Origin: Bacillota bacterium
GTDB taxonomy: Bacteria; Macinerneyibacteriota; Macinerneyibacteria; Macinerneyibacteriales; DSCS01
Assembly: GCA_011048995.1 (NCBI GenBank)
Contig: DSCS01000057.1
Span: 2,541-66,540, forward strand
Length of the DNA stretch: 64,000 nt
Reading direction: 5' to 3'
Below are positions 48,406-58,975 of the stretch, piece after piece. Below the pieces are notes generated by a model that was not told where the DNA came from, ran no database searches, and saw only the letters and a program-made list of their open reading frames with translations. The number at the start of each line of letters is the position of its first letter. Positions within the stretch are counted from its first letter, which is position 1. A program made the position numbers and the translations under genes.

Positions 48406-49434
48406 ATGAACAAGAAAGAAATATTCGCTCTATTTTTGATTCTCCTTTTCAGCTGCACACCGGCCTCCAGGGATATCACATGCAGCTTCCCTCCTTTACG
48501 CCTTCAATTGATTTATCAAGGCTCTTGGGATTGCGATGCCAGACATCTCCTCTTTTCAACTCTGAACAACACCCTTTATATGCTGAACACATTAAACGGC
48601 GACCTGGCTTGGCGCAAATGGGACGGCAATGGCTTTGAAAGGAAAGCGATCCAATCACTTCCCGTGGGGATTCATAATGGAGAGATCTTTAATCCTGTCT
48701 CTCTTTTACCTCTGACGTCTCAATCGTTTCTTATTTTCGACCGGTACAAAAACAGGATCCACTTAGCCGATTCCCACGGTATCCGGAAGACTCTGGCCAT
48801 TAAAGAGCCGGGAGTTTTTCCCCCGGGAGCTCATTTATCAAGCCGTATCTCTTCTTCGGCCGGAGCTGTCCTCTTTATTTCCTTCCGGGGAAAAGGAGAG
48901 ATCCTCTGTGTCAATACATCCCCTTTTCAGATTCACGCCTTTAAAGGAATAACACATTCCCTTTCCCCAGACTCCCGGAAAGAGATTATGGTCAATGACT
49001 ATGCCGGAGATCTCTTATTTTGTTCAGGTGTCTCTTATCGTTTATTCCGAAAACCGGCCCTCTACTGTCAAAATGATTCAACGGTGTCATTTCTTCCTTT
49101 TTATTTTGAAGATATAAAAAAACACGGATACTCCTTTCGTATTCCCTCACATAAAAGCGCTGTCAGCCCTCTCTCCCCCTTTTCCAGGCGTATCACCCGG
49201 GCGGCTCTCCTTCCTTCCGGCAGACAAAAAAAGGGACGATTGCTTTTTTTTGATGATGAAAACGGCAGGATTTTTCTCTATGATCTGCATACAGGCGGAA
49301 TCACCAACACATACAGCATAGAGATCCCCTCGGAAATATTTATGAAAAAACCGAATCTCATTTTTTTGGGAAACCGCCATCTCCTTTTTTACGGCGAAAA
49401 CTCCTCATTTTATCTCTATGAAATAATCGGATAA
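48406..49434 (+). CDS. Hypothetical lipoprotein
   Basis: MNKKEIFALFLILLFSC lipobox-like signal; beta-rich body. Confidence 0.65.
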   Translation: MNKKEIFALFLILLFSCTPASRDITCSFPPLRLQLIYQGSWDCDARHLLFSTLNNTLYMLNTLNGDLAWRKWDGNGFERKAIQSLPVGIHNGEIFNPVSLLPLTSQSFLIFDRYKNRIHLADSHGIRKTLAIKEPGVFPPGAHLSSRISSSAGAVLFISFRGKGEILCVNTSPFQIHAFKGITHSLSPDSRKEIMVNDYAGDLLFCSGVSYRLFRKPALYCQNDSTVSFLPFYFEDIKKHGYSFRIPSHKSAVSPLSPFSRRITRAALLPSGRQKKGRLLFFDDENGRIFLYDLHTGGITNTYSIEIPSEIFMKKPNLIFLGNRHLLFYGENSSFYLYEIIG

Positions 49435-49435
49435 G

Positions 49436-49459
49436 GCGGCCTCCCGCCAGAGAGGCCGC
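49436..49459. terminator. Hairpin between convergent genes
   Basis: GCGGCCTC-8 nt-GAGGCCGC. Confidence 0.6.
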
Positions 49460-49465
49460 TCATTT

Positions 49466-50197
49466 CTATTTTTTAACGAATTCAGGTTCTTTTTTAAAGG
49501 AGGTGATTCCCTTTTTCCATAAGAGGAAAAGGACAAAGACAAGAGCCAAAAGAACAGCAAAGGCCGCAAGGATCAATACGATCCCTTCCGGCTGCCGATA
49601 GGTCAATGTCATTTCTGTCTCAGAGGCAGGGTCCAATTTCCAGCGGTAAAGATTTTCTTCTTCATCGATTTTCGAAGCATTATGATCCAAGACCCGAAAC
49701 GGCACTTTTACCGTATAGGTATAATCCATGCTTTTTGCAATATTAGAGGGGATCATTCCGTCCTCCTCATCGCCCTGAATGATATCTTCACCTAAAGAAC
49801 TGAAATCAGTTGTTATATGAAGAGTCCTGACCGTTTGAAAGAGGCCTTTCTTTGTTTCCACACGTAATGCCGTCCCGATAAATTCCTTATTTTCGGCAAG
49901 CGTTGTCTCAAGGGCCTCGATTGAATGAAATTCTTTCTGCGCCTTGATCCCTTCATAGCCATCTTTTTGATAACTGCTGACCTGAAATCCGCTTTTCTCC
50001 AAAGCCTCTTTTATTTTTCCAAAAGGCTCATTGCCTCCCTGCCGGGTTGCCTCTGTCAAAGCTTCGATCAACCCGAAAGAATATTCAAACACGGCTTCTC
50101 CGTTCCGTTTCAATGTCAGAGTCGAATGGCTTTCTGAGCAAGCCGTCACCACTATAAGAAAAACGATAGCAAATGCAAAACGGGTGATTATTTTCAT
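49466..50197 (-). CDS. LppM/DUF3153-like lipoprotein with C-terminal TM anchor
   Basis: Lipobox VTAC; TLTLKRNG, VKVP..VLDHNA, YRWKL; C-terminal hydrophobic helix. Confidence 0.7.
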   Translation of the reverse strand: MKIITRFAFAIVFLIVVTACSESHSTLTLKRNGEAVFEYSFGLIEALTEATRQGGNEPFGKIKEALEKSGFQVSSYQKDGYEGIKAQKEFHSIEALETTLAENKEFIGTALRVETKKGLFQTVRTLHITTDFSSLGEDIIQGDEEDGMIPSNIAKSMDYTYTVKVPFRVLDHNASKIDEEENLYRWKLDPASETEMTLTYRQPEGIVLILAAFAVLLALVFVLFLLWKKGITSFKKEPEFVKK

Positions 50198-50295
50198 CCC
50201 CGATACCTCCTTTTTTGCCCCTTTATTCAGGCATAGTTAAGAATAACGGATTTCTTTATTTTTTCAAGCTTTTGAAAAAAAACATGACAATCGAC

Positions 50296-50341
50296 ATGAC
50301 AATAAGAAATTTGTCCATATAATTACTTTGTGAGACAAAGT
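50296..50341 (+). promoter_or_regulatory. Promoter plus inverted-repeat operator
   Basis: ATGACA-16 bp-TATAAT followed by ACTTTGT-GAG-ACAAAGT (50325-50341). Confidence 0.65.
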
Positions 50342-50372
50342 TATTTGGCTTATCATTAGAAAAGGGGGAATC

Positions 50373-50972
50373 ATGAATTCACACAAGGCTTATGAAGATG
50401 TTCAACTAATCAAAGAGATGCTGTCTAAAACCAAGAGAAACGTCATGGAGAGCGGAAAGTATTTCGCTCTATGGGGTTATGTTATCCTTACTGCTGCATT
50501 ATGCTCCGATTACATCGCCAATTCCCTTGGAAAACCTTGGGTATCTCACGCGATATGGCTCGGAGCAATAGCCATCGGATCACTCTTTACATTCCTTTTT
50601 ATATCAGCCGATAAAAAACGGACTCGAGTGACGACGTTCTTTGATCGTATCGGCGGGTACATGGGGGGGGGATTCGGCATTGCATTTCTGTTAGCCGGAG
50701 TTGTCTATCCCGCTCTCGGAGTCTACCCTTATTCCACGATCCCGATCATCACAGGGATGATCGCAGGAACCTTTCTTTTTATTACAGCTTGTCTCTATCA
50801 ATGGAAATTTCTCTTCGGAGCCGCTTTTATATGGTGGGCAGCGACCCTGGCGGCAGCCCTTCTCCCGTTCAACCTGCAGGCTTGGCCGATTTTTTTTGCT
50901 TTGATTTTCGGTTACATCATTCCCGGCCATATGCTTCATTACAAAGAGCGGAAAGGCCAAAGGGATGAATAA
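50373..50972 (+). CDS. Hypothetical multi-pass membrane protein
   Basis: About 6 hydrophobic segments; EDVQLIKEML, LWGY, IIPG. Confidence 0.75.
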   Translation: MNSHKAYEDVQLIKEMLSKTKRNVMESGKYFALWGYVILTAALCSDYIANSLGKPWVSHAIWLGAIAIGSLFTFLFISADKKRTRVTTFFDRIGGYMGGGFGIAFLLAGVVYPALGVYPYSTIPIITGMIAGTFLFITACLYQWKFLFGAAFIWWAATLAAALLPFNLQAWPIFFALIFGYIIPGHMLHYKERKGQRDE

Positions 50973-51288
50973 AGAGTCCGTCCATCTGGATCCTCTGATT
51001 CATACGCCGGTCAGATTGGCTGTGCTCTCCCTCTTAATGGCTGTGGAGGAGGCCGATTTCATGTATCTCAAAGAGAAAACCGGAGCAACAGAAGGAAACC
51101 TGAGCACACATCTGGCCCGGTTGGAAGAAGGCGGTTTGATCTCCATTGAAAAGACATTCTTTAAAAAACGCCCCAAAACGGTCTGCTCCATCACCGAAGA
51201 GGGGAAACGCCGTTTTCACCACTATGTCTCCTGCCTGGAAGCTCTTCTCTCTCCGGAAATCCCTGAAGAGAATACTTCAGAGGGGTAA
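50965..51288 (+). CDS. Winged-helix transcriptional regulator (HTH_34, ArsR/MarR-like)
   Basis: LDPLIHTPVRLAVLS, TEGNLSTHL, KTF..KRPKT, TEEG. Confidence 0.88.
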   Translation: MNKESVHLDPLIHTPVRLAVLSLLMAVEEADFMYLKEKTGATEGNLSTHLARLEEGGLISIEKTFFKKRPKTVCSITEEGKRRFHHYVSCLEALLSPEIPEENTSEG

Positions 51289-51336
51289 AGACAGACGCTT
51301 CACGTCAAGGGCTTTCAAACAGGGTTTACAAGCCCC

Positions 51337-51376
51337 GAAGAGAGCCCTTGGCAGCCATTAAAAAAAGGGGCTCTTC
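51337..51376. terminator. Imperfect hairpin between convergent genes
   Basis: GAAGAGAGCCCTT...AGGGGCTCTTC. Confidence 0.45.
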
Positions 51377-51386
51377 ATAAAAAACA

Positions 51387-54300
51387 TCAGTCTCCGGACA
51401 GGGCTTCTTTCATCACGCGTCCCAATTCATGTTGCCGGTACGGTTTTTGAATAAAACCGCGGGCTCCCTTTGCAATCAATTCATGGAATCCTCTGTCATG
51501 ACTAAATCCCGAGGAAAAGACCACTTTCACCCGGGGATCGATTTTGCGAAGAGCATCAAAGACTTCCCTGCCGCTCATTTTCGGCATCACCATATCTAAG
51601 AGCACAATGTCTATGGATTCAGGGTTCTGCTGATAGAGGCGAAGCCCCTGGTCTCCCTCCTCAGCCTGAAGTACCGTGTATCCCAATTCAGAAAGGATCA
51701 CTCCTGCAATGGTGCGCACAACATGATCGTCTTCAATAATAAGAACCGTTTTGTCGCGGACACTGAGATCCTGTCGCTTGTCATGTTTCTTCTTGACTTT
51801 CTCTGATTCCGCAGGCAGATAGATCCGAAAGGCCGTCCCCTGACCCGGTTCACTTTCAAATTCGATCATTCCCCCATGATCCTTCACCGAACCATAAACA
51901 GCAGGCAATCCCAAGCCTGTCCCCCGCCCGACTTCTTTGGTCGTAAAGAACGGCTCAAATATATGATCGGCAATATCAGCGGGAATCCCTTTACCGTTAT
52001 CCCGGACCTCAATGCGAACATAGGGCCCTGGCTTCAGGTCAAAACTGCTTTGGCGGCAAAAAGCCTCATCGAAAAAGGTATCGGACGTATTAAAATAAAT
52101 AATTCCGCGCTCAGGCAAGGCATCCCGGGCATTGATCCCCAGATTCAAAAAGGCATTCTGCAGCTGTCCGGGATCACCGATGACAGTGGAAAAAAGGGCT
52201 TTGAACTCCTTTTTGATTTCTATTCGTCGGTCAAGGCTTCTTTCTAAAATCTCGACGGCATCGGATATAATCCGATGAAGATCCACCGGCGTGGAGACGA
52301 CTTTCCCCTTTCTGGAAAAATCTAAAAGCCTTTGTGTCAATTCTGAAGCCCGCTTGGCTGTTTCAATAATCATTTTGACATTGTTCTTCAAATCATTGTT
52401 CTTCCCTAATTTCATGGAAATCAAATCGGCAGCTCCCATAATACCGGCCAGCATATTGTTGAAATCGTGAGCAACCCCGCCTGCAAGCAGGCCGATAGAA
52501 TCCAGCTTTTGGGATTGTCTGAGCTGTTGTTCCAAAATAAACTGCTCCGTTACATCCCGCAAGACGATGACCGCCCCCTGAAGCTCCCCGCCTTCATTTC
52601 TTATCGGTGCTGCGCTTCGTGAAACCCGTCGCTGACTTCCATCTTTTTTTTGGAAAATGCAGGTTCCCTGGCGGCATTTCTCTTGCTTCCCCGAAAAGTA
52701 AACCTCTAATGGAGTCATGGAACATAGTTTCCCGTCTTCATTAATCAAATGCAGGATATCATCCACCGTTTTTCCTGTCAGAGCGTCTCCGGAACTTTCC
52801 AAAAGATTTTCCGCAACCGGGTTGATCTCTTTCACATTGCCGTCGGCATCGACGGCAATAACAGCATCTCCAATAGAGTTAAGAATGATCCTCAGATCAG
52901 CTTCCCGTTGTTTTAAAGCATTTTCAGCAATTTTCCTTTTACTGATATCACGGCCGACAGCCAGAATAGCCTTTTCACCTTTAAATTCGATCAACCGCGC
53001 ATTGATCTCTGTGGGAATCAGCTGCCCGTCTTTCGTCTTTTGTTGTACCTCAAAAGCGTAGAGCCCCTTTTCTGTTATTTTCCGTATCTGAACCGGAATC
53101 ATATCAATTTCATCCGGGGCTGCAACACTGCTGATGTGACGGGAAACCAATTCATTACGGGGATATCCCAGGCGCTCACAAAAGACATCATTGACCTCTA
53201 ATATCGTTCCTTCAAGGGAATGCATCATCATCCCGTCTGTAGCCGAATGGAAAAAGAGACGGAATTGCTCTTCGCTTTGTTTCAAAGCTTCTTCGCCTCT
53301 TTTCTTTTCTGTAATATCCGTCCCTGAAGTCAATATCCCGGTCACATGGCCTTCTGCATCTCTCAACGGGGCATTATGCCAGGCCATGAATTTCCTGTTC
53401 CCCCGGCCCGTTAAAATGAAATTTTCATGATATTCTATGTTTTTCTTCGTATTCTTTTTGTTGGTTTGAAATATTTGCTGCACACTCTCATGCTCTTCCG
53501 GAGGAATAAAGGAATCCGTCCATATCCGTCCGAGAATGTCTTTTTCTTCGGCTTCCAAAATCTCACAGCCCTTTGGGTTGATCATGGTTATGCAGCCTTC
53601 AAGATCCAAAGCCATCATCATCACATCGGCAACATTTAAATAAGAGCGCGCTTTGTCCCGCTCTCTTATAATGGACTTCTCGGCTTCTTTGACATCGGTG
53701 ATATCAATAACAGAAATCAACCCTGCCCTTTCTCCTTTATAGATACAGGTGGTCCCGATAAGCCGGACCCACCGCTCTTCTCCGTCTTTCCGGATGATTT
53801 TGAACTCATAGCCGCTGGGAGCGTCCCGTCCCTCCTGGCGCATTTTACCCCGTTCTTTGATAAGATCCTGATAATCAGGATGGACAATGTCCCAAAAATT
53901 CATTCTTAAGATCTCATTGATCCGATATCCGGTTATTGTTTCAGAAACAGGATTCACATAGACCCAACGGTCCTTTTGGTACAGCATCACGGCCACAGGA
54001 GAGGAATTCGTAACCGTTCGAAAAAGCTCTTCACTCTCCTCAAGCGATTCTCTTATCTCATACTCCCGGGTCACATCGCGGAAAACCAAAACGACTCCGA
54101 TGATGTTTCCTTTTTTATCTTTGACCGGAGCTGCACTGTCGGCGATCTGGAAGCGTTCTCCCTGACGGGATATCAAAACCGTATGATTGGCTAAACCGAC
54201 AATCCTCCCTTCTCTTAAGACTTCATCTATCGGGTTTACCGCTTTAACTCCCGTTTGGGCATGGACAATGTGAAAAACATCATCAAGCGGCTTTCCCAGA

Positions 54301-55649
54301 GCTTCTTCTGCAGGCCACCCAGTCAAAAGCTCTGCCATACGGTTCATTTCAATAATGCGGCTGTTTGTATTAGTGCCGATGACAGCATCTCCAATGGATT
54401 GGAGAATAGCATGACGTGTCTCTTCGATCTGATACTCTTTATTCTCCTCTCTCAATCTGAGAAATCCCAGAAAAAGAATGATGACACTTGTGAAAAGAAT
54501 ACCGGCCACCATCACAAGCCAGGGGACAAGAAGCGGATTCTCCTTAAAATATTTATCTGTTGCCGCCACACGGATATTCCAGAGATTTTCCCCGGCGATA
54601 ATGGATTGCGTCGCAACAAAAGATTCCCTGACTTTTTCAGGCCATTGGGAATAGATTACTTCTCCCTCCGGCATTCCCTGAGGATCGATGATTGTAATGC
54701 CCAGAAGGTTTTCTCCGTGCAGGCCCGTGAGAGAAGCCATCATGCGGTCAAAAATGACGACGCCTTCGATATATCCGAGTATTCCGCTGCTTTTATCATG
54801 CAGGACAGGAAGAATAAATGAGACAATAATATGCTCATGTACACCCTGGGGATGAAAAGTCGAGTTCACCAAAGTCAGGCTTTTTTCGTCCCGAACCTGT
54901 TTATAGATATCAGTTCTGCCTGAAAAGAGTTCTGTCCTTAAACCGACAAAATTTTCATGCCCTTCAGCCGGTTCGATAAAAAAAACAGGATAAGAGATCT
55001 GCTCTCTCGATACAGGGCTCTCCGGAGCAAAATCGATTCCTTTTAAATGAAATTCAAACCCCTGCTTCCCGGCTGCCCTTCGGGCTTCATCGAACCGCCG
55101 CCCTTCCAAATGAAGAATCCACACCAATGAGTGAAGGTCCGGATTTTTTCTGAAAAGTTGTGATGCATAATTATGAAACTCCAGAGCTGTGACTTCATCA
55201 CTATTTTCGAAAAAAAACTTCAGACCTTCTATATCACTCCACAAATCATGGACTTTAGACTGAAGAGATATCCTTGTCAGATCGGCATACCGCTGAAAAG
55301 CCTTTTGCAAGACTTTGAGCTCGCTTCTCATGGAGAGCCAGAACAGTATGATAAAAAAAACATAACAGACAAGAGCCGTGCTCCAGAGTATCGTTTTCGT
55401 TTTGCCCGTCTCAAAATTTCTGTCAGTTATTTCCCGGTATTCATGTTTGATTTCTTTTATGATAACAGCAGCGTTGGCTGAAAACAAAATCAAGAAAACA
55501 GCAAAAAATAAATAATCACCCCGCCAATGACCGATAAGGGGACCCCATCCGCTCAAACGGAATAAAATATAGGAAGTAATAGTCAACGCTGAAATAAAAC
55601 TCATCAACAAGACATAATGCTTTTGTTTTAAAGGTTGACGAGTTTTCAA
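51387..55649 (-). CDS. Hybrid sensor histidine kinase (CHASE, multiple PAS, HisKA, HATPase, REC)
   Basis: TM-flanked CHASE-like region, about five PAS/PAC repeats, AHDFNN, NARDA, FEPFFTTK, GTGLGL, and an intact REC (EDD, LDMVMP, QKPY). Probable TTG start 55649 after GAGGTG; the ORF is open to 55721. Confidence 0.9.
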   Translation of the reverse strand: MKTRQPLKQKHYVLLMSFISALTITSYILFRLSGWGPLIGHWRGDYLFFAVFLILFSANAAVIIKEIKHEYREITDRNFETGKTKTILWSTALVCYVFFIILFWLSMRSELKVLQKAFQRYADLTRISLQSKVHDLWSDIEGLKFFFENSDEVTALEFHNYASQLFRKNPDLHSLVWILHLEGRRFDEARRAAGKQGFEFHLKGIDFAPESPVSREQISYPVFFIEPAEGHENFVGLRTELFSGRTDIYKQVRDEKSLTLVNSTFHPQGVHEHIIVSFILPVLHDKSSGILGYIEGVVIFDRMMASLTGLHGENLLGITIIDPQGMPEGEVIYSQWPEKVRESFVATQSIIAGENLWNIRVAATDKYFKENPLLVPWLVMVAGILFTSVIILFLGFLRLREENKEYQIEETRHAILQSIGDAVIGTNTNSRIIEMNRMAELLTGWPAEEALGKPLDDVFHIVHAQTGVKAVNPIDEVLREGRIVGLANHTVLISRQGERFQIADSAAPVKDKKGNIIGVVLVFRDVTREYEIRESLEESEELFRTVTNSSPVAVMLYQKDRWVYVNPVSETITGYRINEILRMNFWDIVHPDYQDLIKERGKMRQEGRDAPSGYEFKIIRKDGEERWVRLIGTTCIYKGERAGLISVIDITDVKEAEKSIIRERDKARSYLNVADVMMMALDLEGCITMINPKGCEILEAEEKDILGRIWTDSFIPPEEHESVQQIFQTNKKNTKKNIEYHENFILTGRGNRKFMAWHNAPLRDAEGHVTGILTSGTDITEKKRGEEALKQSEEQFRLFFHSATDGMMMHSLEGTILEVNDVFCERLGYPRNELVSRHISSVAAPDEIDMIPVQIRKITEKGLYAFEVQQKTKDGQLIPTEINARLIEFKGEKAILAVGRDISKRKIAENALKQREADLRIILNSIGDAVIAVDADGNVKEINPVAENLLESSGDALTGKTVDDILHLINEDGKLCSMTPLEVYFSGKQEKCRQGTCIFQKKDGSQRRVSRSAAPIRNEGGELQGAVIVLRDVTEQFILEQQLRQSQKLDSIGLLAGGVAHDFNNMLAGIMGAADLISMKLGKNNDLKNNVKMIIETAKRASELTQRLLDFSRKGKVVSTPVDLHRIISDAVEILERSLDRRIEIKKEFKALFSTVIGDPGQLQNAFLNLGINARDALPERGIIYFNTSDTFFDEAFCRQSSFDLKPGPYVRIEVRDNGKGIPADIADHIFEPFFTTKEVGRGTGLGLPAVYGSVKDHGGMIEFESEPGQGTAFRIYLPAESEKVKKKHDKRQDLSVRDKTVLIIEDDHVVRTIAGVILSELGYTVLQAEEGDQGLRLYQQNPESIDIVLLDMVMPKMSGREVFDALRKIDPRVKVVFSSGFSHDRGFHELIAKGARGFIQKPYRQHELGRVMKEALSGD

Positions 55650-55747
55650 AAAGCACCTCTTCTTCCTGAAGGAACTCTTCTTTATAAAGTATAGCCGCAA
55701 AAGAGATGCTTTGTCAATCAATCAGATAAAAACACCGTTTTCCCTCT

Positions 55748-56353
55748 TCACCGAACATCATAGTCTTTTGTCCAATATGTATCCTCAGTAAAACCCCATG
55801 AATAGAGAAGGGTTGCTGTATCGACGATGACAAGCTCTATATAATCGGGATAGAGACGTTTGGGCTGAGCCGTTACCTGAAGAGAGATCAAACGCCCATC
55901 GATGAAACCGGAGAATTCAGCCACCACGCTTCCGTTTTTGATCTGTTTCCCGCTAAGAGCCCGGCCCTTTTGAGTCAGAGTGACTTCAGAATCCAAAAAC
56001 TGCCACTTCCCCGTCAGTTCAAAATCCTCTTCATCAAGAGCGTTTTTGACTTTGACCCAATCTTCAACGCTGTTTTCTATGATGTGATGTGAATCCGGAA
56101 GTGTGCCGGATGCCATCATTCCCCCCTGGTAGCGGAAAACCAACTCATTTCCCCTCAAAGACAAACGGCCTTCTCGCTCCTCTTTATCACCTCTGTAATA
56201 ACTTTCTTTGATGAAAGAATACCCCTCACTCTCCTGTGAGACTTTGACAACAGATTTATTTTGCCGGATAATCCATAGACCGTCTAAGTCTTCTCCAAGG
56301 GACACTGCGATCACGCTTATCAATAAGGCAATTATCAGCGTACTTCTTTTCAT
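55748..56353 (-). CDS. Hypothetical secreted protein
   Basis: AAGGAGG RBS, signal peptide, two similar halves (LDGLW.../LTGKW...). Confidence 0.65.
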   Translation of the reverse strand: MKRSTLIIALLISVIAVSLGEDLDGLWIIRQNKSVVKVSQESEGYSFIKESYYRGDKEEREGRLSLRGNELVFRYQGGMMASGTLPDSHHIIENSVEDWVKVKNALDEEDFELTGKWQFLDSEVTLTQKGRALSGKQIKNGSVVAEFSGFIDGRLISLQVTAQPKRLYPDYIELVIVDTATLLYSWGFTEDTYWTKDYDVR

Positions 56354-56478
56354 CCGCCCTCCTTCTCCATATCTCTTATATAAGGCCTGCGGCCCTTTTT
56401 GGCAAGACAGGAGAATGTCTCTTCTTCTTGACAAACCCGCTCTAAAGAGTATGCTTTCCAGAAAAAGGGCCGGTTCCT

Positions 56479-57048
56479 ATGTTTTCTTCTTTTCATGAAC
56501 TTCAAAAGATGTATCGTTATGATGTAAAAAGAAAAACATTTCACATCGATATTCGTCTTGACTATTACCGTGATCTTTACAATGAATGGGACTACTCCCC
56601 TTTGCACCGCAGGGATATGGATATGGATCTTCTTGAGTTTATAGAAGAATGTTCTTCAGAGATCCCGCTCAAATTTCCTGTCCAGATCAATTTTTATCTT
56701 CCCAAAAAAGTCAAGAATGAAGAGATCGAAGAAAAAAATATCAAAGGGATGAAGAACTTTTTCTCTTACACCTTAATCAAACAGCAGAGACAGCGGCGGA
56801 GAATGTTCCACAGCTCTCTCATCTATGGGCTGACCGGAACCGGCCTTCTTATCGGGGCCTTTATTTTAAAAACCCTGTTTGTCAACGAATCTGCAGCCAT
56901 CCTAATTTCAGAAGGGCTCTTCATCGGAGGATGGGTTCTCTTCTGGGAGCTTTTTTCTTTCATCTTCTTTAAGATCAGGACAATCAATTCAGAAATTAAA
57001 AATGATCAGCGAATCCTTAACGCCTGCATCGTCTATCATTATATTTAA
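56479..57048 (+). CDS. Conserved hypothetical membrane protein
   Basis: DLYNEWDYSP..RD, two C-terminal TM helices with IGGWVLFWE; TTGACA/TATGCT promoter upstream. Confidence 0.7.
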   Translation: MFSSFHELQKMYRYDVKRKTFHIDIRLDYYRDLYNEWDYSPLHRRDMDMDLLEFIEECSSEIPLKFPVQINFYLPKKVKNEEIEEKNIKGMKNFFSYTLIKQQRQRRRMFHSSLIYGLTGTGLLIGAFILKTLFVNESAAILISEGLFIGGWVLFWELFSFIFFKIRTINSEIKNDQRILNACIVYHYI

Positions 57049-57974
57049 ACAGATGCGTCAGGGGGGCCGGAGGAGACTTTTCCTTCACGGATATTATCAT
57101 AAAACCGTGTCGTCGGATAAGCCAGATCAATATCGTCCAACTGTCCGAATTCTGTTAAGATGTCCTCCCAGACAGCCTCCGTACTGCCCCGTCTTTTGCG
57201 CGGCTCGCACATATAACGCACCGTCAACAAGACTCCGCTTTCTTTGACTGAAGTATAGACGATAGGGGTCAATTGTGTATAAAAAATCATGAAGCGTTTG
57301 TTCGCCTCCCGCAGGCTTTTTTCAGCTGACGGAGTCAGTGACTCTGCATGGCGGTTGACGATATTCCAAAGAATTTTTTTTGCCTTCTTCCAATCACTTT
57401 CAAAAGTCACGAGTATAGGAATCTCATTCCAGATGTAGCGGAATCCCTTTGTATAATTTGCCAATGTCTCCGTAAAGATCTTGGCATTATTAATATCAAT
57501 AATCCTTCCGGTGCTTTGGTCGGCATCAACCCAATTACCGATTTCGATTAAAGTAAATTGAAATACTCTGATATCGATGACATCTCCGGCATGGGCCCCG
57601 ATTTGAATCCTGTCTCCCAAAGTGAAAGGGCGCCGGGAAATAATAAAGATCCAGCCTGCAATATTTGTCAAAGGGTCTTTCAGGGCAATAGCCACGCCGG
57701 CTGACACCAATCCCAGATAGGTGGCCAATGTCTGAATTCCTTTGAGCCAAATACTCCCCACCAGAAGAAGGACAAGAACCCCGGCAACATAAGTCAGACT
57801 TTTCCTCCAGGTATAGCGGACCTTCACATCTGATGTGGCCTTATTGATAATATGAAAGGCCAGTAAACGAAAAAGCCAGAAAAGGAAGAACACAATCAGA
57901 GTGGAAAGAATTTTACTCTGCATCTCCGGGCTTATCCCTGTCCATTGAAGGATAAATTCGTGAATAGAAGTCAT
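57045..57974 (-). CDS. Mechanosensitive ion channel (MscS family)
   Basis: GVAIALKD..NIAG, RPFTLGDRIQIG, GDVIDI, NYT. Confidence 0.9.
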   Translation of the reverse strand: MTSIHEFILQWTGISPEMQSKILSTLIVFFLFWLFRLLAFHIINKATSDVKVRYTWRKSLTYVAGVLVLLLVGSIWLKGIQTLATYLGLVSAGVAIALKDPLTNIAGWIFIISRRPFTLGDRIQIGAHAGDVIDIRVFQFTLIEIGNWVDADQSTGRIIDINNAKIFTETLANYTKGFRYIWNEIPILVTFESDWKKAKKILWNIVNRHAESLTPSAEKSLREANKRFMIFYTQLTPIVYTSVKESGVLLTVRYMCEPRKRRGSTEAVWEDILTEFGQLDDIDLAYPTTRFYDNIREGKVSSGPPDASV

Positions 57975-58041
57975 ATATCACCTCAGTGTATACTTCATTT
58001 TAACCCAAAAGACGGATGAAGTCAAAGACTCAAAACAAACG

Positions 58042-58932
58042 TCAAGAGCAGGGTTCTTTGCCGTCGCATGAAGAGCATGGTTCATCTTCTAATTCGAATT
58101 CAACGGTAGGATGTGATATGTCAAAACGCTTCAAAAGACTGCGCAGCTCTTCTTTGATCTTATGTGACTGGCTAAGGGGCAGATCTTTTCGTAATACGAT
58201 ATGACAGGAAAATATATGATGATTGCCGTCTACAGACCAAAGATGAATATCATGGGCTTCTACAATATCCTGAATCCCCTCTATTTCTTCTTTGACTTTG
58301 TGAATGTCCACACCACCCGGAGAATACTGGAGAAAGATCCTTACCGCTTCCTTAATATTAGGTATGATTTTAGATATGATAAAAACGGAGATCACCACAG
58401 ACAGAATAGGATCCAGAACAGGCAAATAAGTTATTTTCATAACAAGGCTGACGATCAAAACAGCAACCCAGCCAATGGCATCTTCCAAAAGATGAAGCAT
58501 CACTACCCGCTCATTCAGTTTCCGCCCCCCTTTTAATCTCAAAACAGCCAACCCATTGACAGCAACGCCTAGTACAGCCATAAAGATCATTCCATCGACA
58601 TGAACATCTTCCGGGTGAATGATACGGGGAACGGCCCGGGTTAAAACAAAAACAGAGCCCCCCAGGAGTATCACAGAACTGATAAAGGCTCCTACAAGGG
58701 AAAAGCGTTTATACCCGTAAGTCAACGTTTCCGTTCGGGGTTTATGGGACAGCTTTTCAAAATACCAGGAAAGAGCCAATGTTACAGAATCACCCAGATC
58801 ATGAACAGCATCCGAAAGGATGGCGACACTGTTGGTTAAAAGGCCTCCGATGATTTCCACAACGGTAAAACCAAGATTGAGAAAAAAAGCTACAGAAATG
58901 TTTGATGCAGTATGATGATGGTGATGTGCCAA
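58042..58932 (-). CDS. Cation diffusion facilitator (Zn/Co/Cd efflux)
   Basis: His-rich N-terminus, SDAVHD, TYGYKR, HLLED, HDIHLWS. Confidence 0.9.
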   Translation of the reverse strand: MAHHHHHTASNISVAFFLNLGFTVVEIIGGLLTNSVAILSDAVHDLGDSVTLALSWYFEKLSHKPRTETLTYGYKRFSLVGAFISSVILLGGSVFVLTRAVPRIIHPEDVHVDGMIFMAVLGVAVNGLAVLRLKGGRKLNERVVMLHLLEDAIGWVAVLIVSLVMKITYLPVLDPILSVVISVFIISKIIPNIKEAVRIFLQYSPGGVDIHKVKEEIEGIQDIVEAHDIHLWSVDGNHHIFSCHIVLRKDLPLSQSHKIKEELRSLLKRFDISHPTVEFELEDEPCSSCDGKEPCS

Positions 58933-58975
58933 AATGACCCCTTTTTTGCTGAGTATAATATAAAATGAAAAGGAG

